Of a stretch of DNA of 64,000 nucleotides, positions 7,891 to 17,877 are shown piece by piece. The notes beneath the pieces were generated by a model, which was not told the DNA's origin, did not search any database, and worked only from the letters and a program-made list of their open reading frames with translations. The DNA lies in contig CALMSQ010000253.1 in assembly GCA_937872345.1 (NCBI GenBank), forward strand, positions 5,672 to 69,671, in the 5' to 3' direction. Position numbers and translations under genes: made by a program. Position 1 is the first letter of the stretch. The number at the start of each line of letters is the position of its first letter. This stretch comes from an uncultured Burkholderiales bacterium (lineage in GTDB: Bacteria > Pseudomonadota > Gammaproteobacteria > Burkholderiales > Burkholderiaceae_E).

Positions 7891-8760
7891 ATGCGACAGG
7901 TTGCAATCGCCACGGGTCTATCGTTGCTGGCGGCCATCGCCGCGGTGATGGCGTTCCTCGCGATCGACGCGGCGTCGGTGCGCGTGCCGCTTGGCAACAA
8001 CGGGGCGGGCTACCGCGCCGATTCCGTGCTGGGTTTCGACATCGCCGGCCGCTCGCTTCCCCAGCGCGCCGACATCATCGCCATCGGTTGCTCACAGACC
8101 TTCGGCGCCGGCGTGCTGCCGTCGCAGTCGTTCCCGGGGATCGTGGGCGCGCTCAATCTCGCGGTGCCGAGCTACGGCGGCGCCGGCTCGCTGGCGATGC
8201 TGGAGCGTCACAACCATCTGCGCCCCAGGACCGTGATCTATGGGCTATGGGCGGAGCATCGAACCCGCAACGTGATGCCCTGCGTCGAAGCGGCGACACC
8301 GCTTTGCATCGAGCGCCCGACTGTCGAGGCCGGCCTCGGGAACTATTGGATCCGCCCGCCTCGCGACACCGGCGGGATGGCCCTGACGCGGCGCTGGGTG
8401 CGACTGGCCGGCGGATCCTGGACCGACCGGATGCAGGCCTCGGCGCTGGCCCTGGCCGACCGGCTGGATCGCCCGGCGCCGTCGCGTGCCGATCCGGCCG
8501 GCGCCGAGGTCTACGTGCTGACCCGCATGGCAGCGGTTGCGCGCGCCATGGGCGCCCGGCTGATCGTCGTCTACCTTCCCGACTACACGCGGGGATGGCC
8601 CGCGACACCGCCCTACGTGGCCCTTGCCGAGCAAGAGGGCTTCACCTTCATCGACACCACGGCGGCACTGCGGCCGCTTGGCGACCGCGTCGCGATTCCC
8701 GGCGACGGCCACCTGTCGGCCAAAGCGCACGCGGACATAGCCGCACTGCTGCGCCACTAG
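7891..8760 (+). CDS. Membrane-anchored SGNH-family hydrolase/acyltransferase (moron, opposite strand)
   Basis: N-terminal TM; block I IAIGCSQTFG; NLAVPSYG; block V DGHLSAKAH. Confidence 0.8.
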   Translation: MRQVAIATGLSLLAAIAAVMAFLAIDAASVRVPLGNNGAGYRADSVLGFDIAGRSLPQRADIIAIGCSQTFGAGVLPSQSFPGIVGALNLAVPSYGGAGSLAMLERHNHLRPRTVIYGLWAEHRTRNVMPCVEAATPLCIERPTVEAGLGNYWIRPPRDTGGMALTRRWVRLAGGSWTDRMQASALALADRLDRPAPSRADPAGAEVYVLTRMAAVARAMGARLIVVYLPDYTRGWPATPPYVALAEQEGFTFIDTTAALRPLGDRVAIPGDGHLSAKAHADIAALLRH

Positions 8761-8779
8761 CGATGCGGAGATCCGCGGC

Positions 8780-10135
8780 CTACGCCTCCAGCTCGAGCTT
8801 GTAGCGGCCCGACGCGATGTTTCCGGTCGCGAACAGCGCCTTCACGCCGGTTATCGCGGCGGTGTCCTTGATCTCGAAACCACGCACCAGCACGGCGATA
8901 CCTCCCGCGCTCTCGAGCGACGTGACGGTGATTTTACCGCGCTTGTATCGGGCGTTCTGAATGTCCTCGACCTCGATCACCGCGAAGACGCCGCCGGAAC
9001 TGGCGTCGTTCTGGACGGAGCCGACGATGGCGCAGGTCGATTGCGAGTCGGCCGCGCCAGCGCCGTTCGCTCCCGCGCTCTCGGCCATGAAGCCGGTGTT
9101 GTAGCTGGTGATGTCGGTGCCGCTCGACTTGCGGAAGATGGCGTCGAGCTGAACGCCATCGTTCGCCGGCACGGCATCGATGGTCAGACGCAGGCGGTTG
9201 GCCCAGGCCGGAATCGCGTCCTTGGTGTAGGTCGCCTGAGAGGAAAACGCGCCCTTGTCGAAAGTGCGCCAGCCCACGACCGGGCCGCCATCGATGCGTT
9301 GGTAGGCGACGCAGCGCCAGTTCCCGGACCCCAGCGAACGGAAGATCGCGGTGTCGCCGGCGTCGGTCAGGATGTTCGCCGCTCCGGGAAGGATCAGCGA
9401 CGTGCCGTTGTGCGTCAGGGTGAGCGCGCCCGCGAAGATCAGGGTGCGTTGGACGCCGGCCTGCACCGTGCCAAGCGCCGTGATCGTCGTCGTCCCGGTG
9501 ATGCTCACCAGGTTACCGGTCGCGGCACCAATGTCGATCGATGAAGCCGAGGCGATGTCGGACCCGCTGGCTTCGTTGATCGCGGCGCCCGTCATGGTGA
9601 CGGTGCCGGTCGACGTGATGCCCGCGGCCGACAATGTCACCGTGTTCGCCGTCTCGTTGATCACCCAGGGCAACGTGATCCAGTCGCCACCGGCATCGTA
9701 GACCTTGAACACCACCGCCGTGATCGTGGTGGTGTCCATCCAGATCATGCCGGGGATCGGATATGCCGGCACCGTGGTGCCGCGGTGGAAGGTCAGCGCC
9801 CCCAGCATCGCGCCCGCGATCGGCGCGCAGTAGGCGCGCAGGGCGCCGTCGGAACCGCCCCAACTGATCTTCGCCGATGTCGAGAGCGTCGCCAGATCCC
9901 ACGACGCGATGACATTGCGCGTCAGGGTGTCCGGGCTGGCGTCGGTGACGATGCCCCAGCCGATCTCCCACTTGTAGGAGGTGTCGGACTGGACGACGTA
10001 GAACACCTTGGCGCCGGTCGTGAAGGCACGGACAAACGACACGTAGGGCGTGTTCGCCGGCGGCCCGGTCAGTGTGTAGTCGGCCGTGCCGGTAGCCGCA
10101 CAGGCCTCCTGCACGAAGTCAGCGCAAAGCGCCAT
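8780..10135 (-). CDS. Tail fibre / receptor-binding protein
   Basis: N-terminal anchor (ADFVQE..TGTADYTLTG...WEIGWG); central DIASASSIDIGAATGN...LILPGAANI...GNWR module; position after tail tip genes. Confidence 0.8.
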   Translation of the reverse strand: MALCADFVQEACAATGTADYTLTGPPANTPYVSFVRAFTTGAKVFYVVQSDTSYKWEIGWGIVTDASPDTLTRNVIASWDLATLSTSAKISWGGSDGALRAYCAPIAGAMLGALTFHRGTTVPAYPIPGMIWMDTTTITAVVFKVYDAGGDWITLPWVINETANTVTLSAAGITSTGTVTMTGAAINEASGSDIASASSIDIGAATGNLVSITGTTTITALGTVQAGVQRTLIFAGALTLTHNGTSLILPGAANILTDAGDTAIFRSLGSGNWRCVAYQRIDGGPVVGWRTFDKGAFSSQATYTKDAIPAWANRLRLTIDAVPANDGVQLDAIFRKSSGTDITSYNTGFMAESAGANGAGAADSQSTCAIVGSVQNDASSGGVFAVIEVEDIQNARYKRGKITVTSLESAGGIAVLVRGFEIKDTAAITGVKALFATGNIASGRYKLELEA

Positions 10136-10215
10136 CGGCGGCACTCCCGAAGGTCGGAGATCTGAGTGGTCGGTGAGGTGGCCGCGGCGTCAGCCGGGCG
10201 CGTCGGGCGCTAGGA

Positions 10216-11019
10216 TCAGCGCAGCTCGAGCAGCTTGAAGTTGCAGGCGAAGCGATCGAGGAACCGATACGGCGTGCCCGGCATGGCGTCGAAGGTCGCC
10301 ATCATCATCTCGCGGTGGAGATAGGTGGTCTCTTCCGGGTTGAGACAGACGAAGACGTCGCCGGCGGTGCCGACGCGGCGCCGGAGCTCGTAGACGAAGC
10401 CCTTGGCCTCGGCGATGCTGAGGAAGTCGAACTTCAGATCCCAGAACCGCGGCCCGTCGCGGCGTTCCGTGTTGGTGAACCCGCCTTCGGTCTTGTTGCG
10501 GATGCTGACATCGATACGCGTCGCCTCCGACCCGTAGGTAAACGTGGCATCCGGCGACCATGCCTCGTCGGCATAGAGGCGGCCGAGTTCCACGAAGCCA
10601 TCGCTGTTGGTGTCGTCGTCGATCTCGACCTGCCACCACTCGTAGGCCGAGCCCGGGGTGATCATCTTGAAGACGTCGAGGTAGTCGAGATCGGCATCGG
10701 TCGGCCGACCCGTGACCGGCCAGGCCGATCCCCAGCTCCCGACATAGCCCGTGGAGCCGAGGTCGCCCTCCGCCGCCGCGCCGGAGAACTTCAGCCTGGC
10801 ATCGGCCTCGAGGTTGGTCTTGCCGAAGCCGAAGCCCGAGATCGCCCGCGCCGTCGGGAAGTGGATCTTGAACTTCGTCGAGGCGTTCGTGGCGTCGGTG
10901 GACTGCACGGTCTGGCTGGGCTGCATGTCCTGCAGCAGCGCAAGGTCCATCGCCCAACTTCCGCCGCTCAGCGTTGCGGCGTCGCTGTAGAGCGGAGTCA
11001 GCAGGGTGAACCGGTCCAT
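10216..11019 (-). CDS. Minor tail protein
   Basis: WWQVEIDDDTNSDGFVELGRLY motif seen in siphovirus minor tail proteins; synteny. Confidence 0.75.
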   Translation of the reverse strand: MDRFTLLTPLYSDAATLSGGSWAMDLALLQDMQPSQTVQSTDATNASTKFKIHFPTARAISGFGFGKTNLEADARLKFSGAAAEGDLGSTGYVGSWGSAWPVTGRPTDADLDYLDVFKMITPGSAYEWWQVEIDDDTNSDGFVELGRLYADEAWSPDATFTYGSEATRIDVSIRNKTEGGFTNTERRDGPRFWDLKFDFLSIAEAKGFVYELRRRVGTAGDVFVCLNPEETTYLHREMMMATFDAMPGTPYRFLDRFACNFKLLELR

Positions 11020-11020
11020 G

Positions 11021-12751
11021 TCAGAGCGTCCCCCACAGATCGATGGTGCCGCTGACGGCACCGCGACCGCTGAAACTCCGGACGCAGCGCAGGAACTTCG
11101 AACCCGCGAACCCGTACCGGTTCCAGTTCCTGACCTCGACGGTCTTGTTGATCAGCATGGCGAACGGATCGATCGCCGCCGCCATGCGCCAGCGCCCCAG
11201 GGGCCGCGAGAAGATGGCCTGTTCCCGGGCCGCCTCGGCGTCGGCCGAGGCTTTCCGCTTGAAGCCGCCGGGAATGAAGACCTCGCGTGCCGTCGGCCAC
11301 ACCGTGCGCGCCGAGTCCGTCGACGCCTGGCAGTACCGCCATTCGTCGCCGTAGAGCTTCTGGTCCGCCGCGACGATTCCGGCGAGATCGCCGACGACCT
11401 GCGGCCCATAGTTCCGCTGATAGCCGACCCGCGTGATGGTGCGCGGCGCCAGCGTCGCCGCGAGCTGCGGGAACGTCAGCGGGTCATTGGTCTCGACGTC
11501 GAGCACGAAGTCGGCGACGGTCGCCGGCGGCTCGATCTGCGCGACATTCAGCTTACCCTCGAGATCGACCCACCACTGGCCGCAGCAGCCCGCCATGACT
11601 TCGTCGAGGGCGGCGCCCACGGTGATCGGGCTGCTCCACCAGTAGCCGATCTCCGCCGGCTGGGCGACGGCCAGGATGCCGAGCGACGTCAGGTTGACCT
11701 CGTCGGGATCCAGCAGCGGCAACGTGCCCATCGTCGTCGCGATCCGGCGCACGATGCCGGCCCGGGTCTCGTCGTAGCCGCCGACGTTGTCGCCTTCTCC
11801 ATCGATGCGGACGCCGAACTGCGGGTCCGCGCCAAGACGCACGATGCCGAGCGCATTGCAGGTCGCGAACTGGCCGTTGGTGAGCACGACGGCCACCAGC
11901 GCGGCGTAGTCGGCGACGTCGCCCATGTCGGTCCACTCGACGCCGCCGACCTTCAGCGCCGTGACGCCTTCGACGCTGCGATGGCTCCACTGGTAGATCA
12001 GGTTGGCAGCGTCGATCAGGACCGGCGGGACGTGGAAGACGAAGCCCACGGCCAACGGCTTGACCTGGCCCAGGGCGCCGGCGTCGCCATCGATGCCGCC
12101 GCCGCCGCCATAGACCAGTGTCAGCAACTGGGTCGCGTAGAGCCTCTCCTGCTGGTCACGGATCAGCAGGGCCTTCGAATCGGCGCGCAGATCGCTCCAG
12201 CCCGCTGACGTCAGCACGGCGACGCGCTCGTAGTTGGCGAACGTGTTGCCGCGCGGACCCCGCCAGATCTCGATCCGGCGACCTTCCCAGCCCAGGCCGA
12301 TGAGGTTGTCGAACCGGCCTTCGGCGTCCTTCATCAGGATGCGGCCGAAGCCGGCGCGGCCGGCGCGGGCCGCCTCCGCCGGATCGATCCCGGGAAACAT
12401 CTCGATCTCGAAGCTGACGTCGTCGAGCAGCGGCGCGAACCAGGCGCGCGCGGGGTTGTCCGTCGGTCTCGAGGTGAAGCCGTGCGTCGATGCCACCACG
12501 GTGCGGGTGCCGCCCGGGATGGTGATTCCCGATGCCGTCGGCCAGGCAGGGGTGCCGAAGGGAAACGGCGGCCCGTAAAGCGTGTGCGTGATCGTGACGT
12601 CGTAGGGATAGGCGACCAGCGCCAGGGCCTTGCCCCGCGACGGCCGGTAGTTGAGCGCCGCGGCGGCGTCGGCCTCGGCCAGGAATTGGCCGGGGACGGG
12701 ATAGTCGATCTGGCCGAACGGGTAGGGCGGGCCGGGAAGATAGACCGCCAT
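11021..12751 (-). CDS. Tail tip / hub protein
   Basis: YGGGGGIDGD..L.GQVKPLAVG.V.HVPPVLIDAANLIYQW motif; directly follows the TMP. Confidence 0.8.
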   Translation of the reverse strand: MAVYLPGPPYPFGQIDYPVPGQFLAEADAAAALNYRPSRGKALALVAYPYDVTITHTLYGPPFPFGTPAWPTASGITIPGGTRTVVASTHGFTSRPTDNPARAWFAPLLDDVSFEIEMFPGIDPAEAARAGRAGFGRILMKDAEGRFDNLIGLGWEGRRIEIWRGPRGNTFANYERVAVLTSAGWSDLRADSKALLIRDQQERLYATQLLTLVYGGGGGIDGDAGALGQVKPLAVGFVFHVPPVLIDAANLIYQWSHRSVEGVTALKVGGVEWTDMGDVADYAALVAVVLTNGQFATCNALGIVRLGADPQFGVRIDGEGDNVGGYDETRAGIVRRIATTMGTLPLLDPDEVNLTSLGILAVAQPAEIGYWWSSPITVGAALDEVMAGCCGQWWVDLEGKLNVAQIEPPATVADFVLDVETNDPLTFPQLAATLAPRTITRVGYQRNYGPQVVGDLAGIVAADQKLYGDEWRYCQASTDSARTVWPTAREVFIPGGFKRKASADAEAAREQAIFSRPLGRWRMAAAIDPFAMLINKTVEVRNWNRYGFAGSKFLRCVRSFSGRGAVSGTIDLWGTL

Positions 12752-12753
12752 GA

Positions 12754-15700
12754 CTACGCCGCGATCAAGTGGCTGATCTGGCGCTCGAGGTCGGCTGTCT
12801 TCTGCGTCTGCTCGGCGAGCAGGCGATTCAGTTGCGCCAACTGCACGATGAGGTCTCCCATCGCGGCCTCCGTCGTCGGGGCGAAGCTGACCTGCATCGC
12901 CTGGGCGTTCTGGTTCGCCGCCACCCAGGGCGCGATGTCGGACAGGATCGACAGGCGCAGCGTCTCGAAGGCGGCGTTGTTGCCGGTGTAGGCGCGCTGC
13001 GCGTTGATGAGATCCTCGGCAGCACCGGGCAGTTCGCCCAGCGCGGCCGACGAGCCGGCCCGGGCCCGGGAGATGACATCGTCATAGGTCCCGCGGGCGC
13101 CGGCCAACGTCACCACCGGCGACGCGTTGCTGAGATCGCCGTAGGTCAGCCGCTTCCAGAGGTCGAGCAGCGACGTCAACTGCTCGCTGACGATGCGCTC
13201 GCGCTCCAGCCCGTAGGCCTGCTCGATCTTGTTGATGTCGACCAGGGTGTCGATGAGGCCCAGCGCGTACTGCTCGTTGATGTAGGCGGCCTCCTTGCGC
13301 AGCAGGTCGAACTCGCGATCCAGCTTCACCCGGGCCAGCTCGGCCGGATCCTGTATGCCGAGGATCCGGTCATCGATGGTCTGCTGGAAGTCGGTGGCGT
13401 ACTTGTTCAGCGCGCGGCGCTGGCCCTCGACCAGCTTGTCGGTGGCGAGCCTGAACTCCTCGGCCTTCAGGATCGCGGACTTGAAGCTGTCCCGGAGATC
13501 GCCGAAGGCCTTCTCGGCCGCGGTGATCTCGTCGGTGCGGATCATGACGTCGTAGGTCTTCTTGCCCCACTCCAGCGCCTGGGCCAGCCCCTCGGTGTCG
13601 GCGTCGGGGAAATTGCGGATGATCTTCTGGCTGGTCTCGCTCAGACCGGTGAACGCGCCGTCGCGCACGCCAGCCTTCAGGATCAACAAGGCCAGCTGCT
13701 GCATCAGCTTCTCGGTGTCCGTGGTCAGCGAGTTGATCGGCAGCGGCGTCCATTCGCCGCCGACGGTGTCGTCGGTCCACAGCTCGGTGCGCGCCGCCCA
13801 CTGGGCCTCGTCGGTGGTCTTGATCTGGCCGCTCGCCCAGACCTTCTCGAGGAGACGCGCATAGGTCGGGCTGCCTTCGGCCGTGACCGTGGCATCCATC
13901 CGGCCGTTTTCGAACCCGCGCCAGAGGTAGTATTCCGGCGGCGCCATGCCCGGGGCCACGGAGCCGCCAAAGGCGCCGATCAGCTTCAGGGCGTCGTTGC
14001 CGATGCTGGGCGCCAGGGGCGCCTTCATGTTGGTCTCGTAGCCGACACGGCCGCCGTAGCGGCCGCTGGCTGCGTTGTAGGTATGGAAGCCCTGGGCGGC
14101 GTACTGCGGCTTCGACTTGAAGAGGCCGCCCAGCAGTGTCGACCCGATCGCGATGATAGGGCCCAGGATCTGGCCGACGCCCGGAATGAGACTGACGCCG
14201 GCGCCGATCATCGAGCCCAGTCCGCCGATGATGCTCGACGTCGAGCCACCGCCGGTCGCCAACTGGAAGATGCCGGAGCCGATGCCGGCGATGGCGCCGA
14301 GGCCGCTGCCGATGGTCATGGCGCCGCCGCCGACACCACCGGAGGCGCCCAGGACACCACCGAGGCTGCTGCCGCCGCTGGCGAGGGACGCACCGAACAC
14401 GCCGCCGTTACCGAAAAGCGGCGTCTGCAGGAAGCTGCTCAGCGAGCCGCCCTGGCCGAACATGCCGAACGGGTTGAAGCCGCCGCCGGTCAGCGAGCCG
14501 AGCGGATTCGACCCGCCGCCGCCACCGATCAGGCCGGAGACGCCGAGCGCACCACCGCCAGTGAAGACGCTGGACGGCCTTCCGGCCGTCGGGGATCCCC
14601 CGGAGAACAGGTTGCCGAAGAAGCCGGCGATCGGGCCGGTGATCTGCTGGCGGATGAAGGTGCGTGCGATATCGACGCCGATCTCGCGCAGGATGTTGCC
14701 GACGTCGACCTTGAGCCCGAGCAAGGAGCGGGCGATGGCGTCTTCGATGGTGGCGAAGGTGCGCACCATGATGTCGGCGACGGCACCGCCGACCCGCTCG
14801 GCCTGTCGGGCATACTCGAGCAGCCCGGACGTCGCCCCCATGATCCAGGAGTCCGACGCCGTGCCCATGTTGATGTAGGCCTCGCGCCACGCGGCCTGGA
14901 AGGCGGTGGCGGAGACCTGCCCGGTCGCGGCGAGATCGCGGATCCGGGAGACCTCGAAGGCATAGTTGGCCCGGGGATCGTACTGCCGGTTCAGCTGGAT
15001 CGCCTCGACCCGGCGCTGCGCTTCGGACTGCCGGCGCGCGAGATCCTCGAGCAGCGCCTTCTGCTTCTCGTACTCCGCCGTGATCAGCGGGTTGTTGGCG
15101 AGCTCGGCCCGGACCCTGGCCTCGTAGGTCCCGATATAGACCTGGTTGGCGATCGCCGCCTCGCGGATCGCCGCGGCGCCGCGCGCCTCGGCATCCGCCA
15201 TGCGCTCCTGGGCCTCGACGTTGGGCAACTGGGTCGCGTTCTGGCGGCCCAGCATGGCAATGGCCTGGCCGGCCTCCTGCTGCAGCCGCTGGCGCAGCAG
15301 CTCGGCTTCCTGGCCCTCCAGACCCGCCGTGGTGCGCACCATCTCGTCGATCGCGGCCTTCGCCTCGCCGAGATAGCCCTCCTTGAGTCCCTTGCCGTAA
15401 GCGCGCGCGATCTCGAGGGAGTGGCGCGCCGCGGCGTCGATGTCCTCCATGAGGTCGCGGACCGCGGCGCCCTGCTGCTCCCGCACGATCTGGAGCTGCT
15501 TGCGGATGTAGGTCTCGAGATCGGTCGCCGCACGCTCCGACGGCGACAGCCGGAGATAGGATTCGCGGGCGCGCTGCTCGGCCTCGACCAGGGCGCGTTG
15601 GCGCCGGTCGGCTCCCGCGACCTCCGCGGCGTCGACGGCGGCCTGCGTGGCGTCGTTGTTCTTGTCGCGCACGCTCGAGGACATCTCGTAGGCCGCCTGG

Positions 15701-15879
15701 CCAGCCGCCCGCAGCGCGGCCTCGAGCTGCGCCGCCTTGTCCGGGTCGACCGCCCGCGCCAGCGCATCCGCCAGCACTTCCATCTCGGCGGCGAGATCCC
15801 GGGCCGCCTTGCCGGCGGGGCTGAACTTCTGGATCAGCGACTCGAGCTTCTTCTCGGCCTCCTGCGCCTCCTGCTTCAC
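12754..15879 (-). CDS. Tape measure protein, C-terminal segment (in frame with the N-terminal segment across one TAG)
   Basis: Ala-rich coiled coil; lambda-TMP-C-like GATSGLLEYA..A....ADIM...F..IEDAI; Gly-rich segment. Confidence 0.85.
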   Translation of the reverse strand: MKQEAQEAEKKLESLIQKFSPAGKAARDLAAEMEVLADALARAVDPDKAAQLEAALRAAGQAAYEMSSSVRDKNNDATQAAVDAAEVAGADRRQRALVEAEQRARESYLRLSPSERAATDLETYIRKQLQIVREQQGAAVRDLMEDIDAAARHSLEIARAYGKGLKEGYLGEAKAAIDEMVRTTAGLEGQEAELLRQRLQQEAGQAIAMLGRQNATQLPNVEAQERMADAEARGAAAIREAAIANQVYIGTYEARVRAELANNPLITAEYEKQKALLEDLARRQSEAQRRVEAIQLNRQYDPRANYAFEVSRIRDLAATGQVSATAFQAAWREAYINMGTASDSWIMGATSGLLEYARQAERVGGAVADIMVRTFATIEDAIARSLLGLKVDVGNILREIGVDIARTFIRQQITGPIAGFFGNLFSGGSPTAGRPSSVFTGGGALGVSGLIGGGGGSNPLGSLTGGGFNPFGMFGQGGSLSSFLQTPLFGNGGVFGASLASGGSSLGGVLGASGGVGGGAMTIGSGLGAIAGIGSGIFQLATGGGSTSSIIGGLGSMIGAGVSLIPGVGQILGPIIAIGSTLLGGLFKSKPQYAAQGFHTYNAASGRYGGRVGYETNMKAPLAPSIGNDALKLIGAFGGSVAPGMAPPEYYLWRGFENGRMDATVTAEGSPTYARLLEKVWASGQIKTTDEAQWAARTELWTDDTVGGEWTPLPINSLTTDTEKLMQQLALLILKAGVRDGAFTGLSETSQKIIRNFPDADTEGLAQALEWGKKTYDVMIRTDEITAAEKAFGDLRDSFKSAILKAEEFRLATDKLVEGQRRALNKYATDFQQTIDDRILGIQDPAELARVKLDREFDLLRKEAAYINEQYALGLIDTLVDINKIEQAYGLERERIVSEQLTSLLDLWKRLTYGDLSNASPVVTLAGARGTYDDVISRARAGSSAALGELPGAAEDLINAQRAYTGNNAAFETLRLSILSDIAPWVAANQNAQAMQVSFAPTTEAAMGDLIVQLAQLNRLLAEQTQKTADLERQISHLIAA

Positions 15880-15900
15880 CCTGGCGAGATCGGCATAGGC

Positions 15901-17877
15901 CTACTCGACCCCGGCCCGGGCCCCGTCGGGGCCGACATAGGACAGCCTGGCGATCTCGGCCTCGAGCGCGGCGATCCGCGGCGGGTAGTAGCCTCTGCCG
16001 CGGCCGGGATCCTGGGCGAAGCTGTCCTGCAGCTCGGCAAGTTCGCGCTCGACGTCGTCCCGGGTCCGCGCCGGCGCAGCCGGGCGGTTGACGGCCCTGC
16101 CGGCACGCTCGAGCAGTTCGGCCTGCAGCTTGAGGTAGGCCAGCGCCGCCTGTCCCGCCGGCGAGCGCGCGATGCCGGTGACGAAGTCGTCGAAGCCCTT
16201 GCTGGCCTGGTCGAGCGCCTTGCGCATGTCGGACAGCGCGGCGGTGCCGCGGCCGGCGAAGCGGTCGGCCATGGCGTCGAGGCCGAGCCTGACCTGATCC
16301 TGGACCCGGCCCTGGCGCTCGAACTGCTCGATCAGCTTGATCTGGGCGGCGCTGAAGATGTTGTACTGCTGGTCCAAGCGCTTGAGCCCGGCCTCCCCGC
16401 CGGTCAGAGCCGACGCCAGGGTCTGCACCGCGTCGGGCAGTTCCTGGCGTGTCAGCAGGGCGAGGTCGCGGCCGATCTGCAGGGTGCGGGCAAAGGACTC
16501 GCCGCTGATGAGGCGATTGCCGAGCAGCCCGGTCGTCGCCGCCTCGGTGTCCGTCCTCGAGAAGCCCGGCAGCGCAGCGGCACCGCGCGTGACACCTTGG
16601 ACCTCGCCCGTCGTCAATCCCGACGCGCCGCCCATCGCCGCATTGAGCCCGGCGATCTGCCGCGCCGTCGCCTCGAGCGACGACGCCCGGGCGATGACGG
16701 TGGCGATCACCACTGCCAAAGCGGCGAAGCCGGCGATCGCCAAGCCGATCGGCGAGATGATGGAGCGCAGCGTGTTGCCGACGCCGCCCATCGCCTGGAC
16801 GATCTGGAAGCCCTGCTGCGTCAGGATCGACATCGGGCGCTGGCCGATGGCGAAGCCCTGGATGACGTCGTTGAGCTGGAACGAGAGGTTCGACAGCTGG
16901 TAGTGCGTCAGCCGGCCGGCATCGCCGTACTGCGCCAGCGTGCGGGCGCCCTGCGCCTGCGTGACGGCGCCGGCGGCGACGGCCGCGTTGACGACGCGCT
17001 GCGCCTCGGCGAGACGGTTCTGGCGCTGGACCTGCTGGTCCATCATCCCTTCGAGGTTGGCGTAGTCGCGGCGCGCCCTTTCGGCCGCCCGCGCGGCCTC
17101 GGTGACGCCGCGGGCAAGGTTGTCCCAGCCGGCCTTGCTCTGCGCATCGGCCTGGCGTGCCGCGGCGGCGATGCCGCGCGCCAGGTTTCCCCAGATGACG
17201 TCGGACTGCTGCTGCGCCTGCCGCGCCGCCTCGGTGACGCCGCGGCCCATGTTGGCCCAGAGCTGGTTGGACTGCTGTACGGCGCCGCGCGCGGCTTCGG
17301 TGACCGCCCTGCCGAGGTTGGTAAAGGCTGCACGGCCTTCACGCTCCGCCTGCTGGGCGGCCTGCGTGACGCCCGTCGCCAGATTGGCCCAGGCGACCTT
17401 CGATTCCCGCACCGCCTGTGTTGCCGCCTGGCTGACGCCTTCGAAGGCGCGCTTCAGCGGCCCTGCGGCGTCGGCCTGCTCGGCCGCCTGGGCGGCCCGC
17501 ACGAGTTCGGCCATCGCCCTGACGGTCTTGGCGATCTCGGCGTTGGCCTGCTCGCGGGTCGCGATGCCGCGCTTCACCGCGTTGTCGGCGGTGATCGTGG
17601 CCCGCTCGACCTCGCGGTGCGCACGCACCTCGGCTGCCACGACCTGGTCGCGTGATGTCCGCAGCCGGTCCCATGCCGTGGCGGCGCGCGCGATGGTCTC
17701 GGCCTCGCGGATCGTCTGCGTCGCGCCCTTCTGGGATGCCTCCGACGCCTTGTTGTGGGCGTCGAGGACGCGATCGAAGGCGGTCTGGGCCGCCTTCAGC
17801 GCCTTGACCGCGGCCGCGGAACCCGTCTCGACGCCCCTCGCGTCGACGGTGAGCGTCGTGACAATTTCGGTCGTCAC
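15901..17877 (-). CDS. Tape measure protein, N-terminal segment (ends at an in-frame amber codon)
   Basis: QLSNLSFQLNDVIQGFAIGQRPMSILTQQGFQI TMP N-terminal motif; follows the chaperones. Confidence 0.88.
   Translation of the reverse strand: MTTEIVTTLTVDARGVETGSAAAVKALKAAQTAFDRVLDAHNKASEASQKGATQTIREAETIARAATAWDRLRTSRDQVVAAEVRAHREVERATITADNAVKRGIATREQANAEIAKTVRAMAELVRAAQAAEQADAAGPLKRAFEGVSQAATQAVRESKVAWANLATGVTQAAQQAEREGRAAFTNLGRAVTEAARGAVQQSNQLWANMGRGVTEAARQAQQQSDVIWGNLARGIAAAARQADAQSKAGWDNLARGVTEAARAAERARRDYANLEGMMDQQVQRQNRLAEAQRVVNAAVAAGAVTQAQGARTLAQYGDAGRLTHYQLSNLSFQLNDVIQGFAIGQRPMSILTQQGFQIVQAMGGVGNTLRSIISPIGLAIAGFAALAVVIATVIARASSLEATARQIAGLNAAMGGASGLTTGEVQGVTRGAAALPGFSRTDTEAATTGLLGNRLISGESFARTLQIGRDLALLTRQELPDAVQTLASALTGGEAGLKRLDQQYNIFSAAQIKLIEQFERQGRVQDQVRLGLDAMADRFAGRGTAALSDMRKALDQASKGFDDFVTGIARSPAGQAALAYLKLQAELLERAGRAVNRPAAPARTRDDVERELAELQDSFAQDPGRGRGYYPPRIAALEAEIARLSYVGPDGARAGVE
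17090..17400 (-). repeat. Five 22-aa (66-nt) helical repeats in the TMP
   Basis: W/F-x-N-L/M-x-x-G/A-V-T-E/Q-A-A units spaced 22 aa apart. Confidence 0.75.

Noticed and set aside
8780-10135. Diversity-generating retroelement targeting the tail fibre
   Set aside because: No reverse transcriptase and no template/variable repeat pair noticed in the window
12769-17655. 1628-aa + strand ORF, and similar long ORFs at 28261..31653, 33016..34818 and 43411..45078
   Set aside because: Antisense shadows of real minus-strand genes caused by high-GC codon bias; no recognisable motifs
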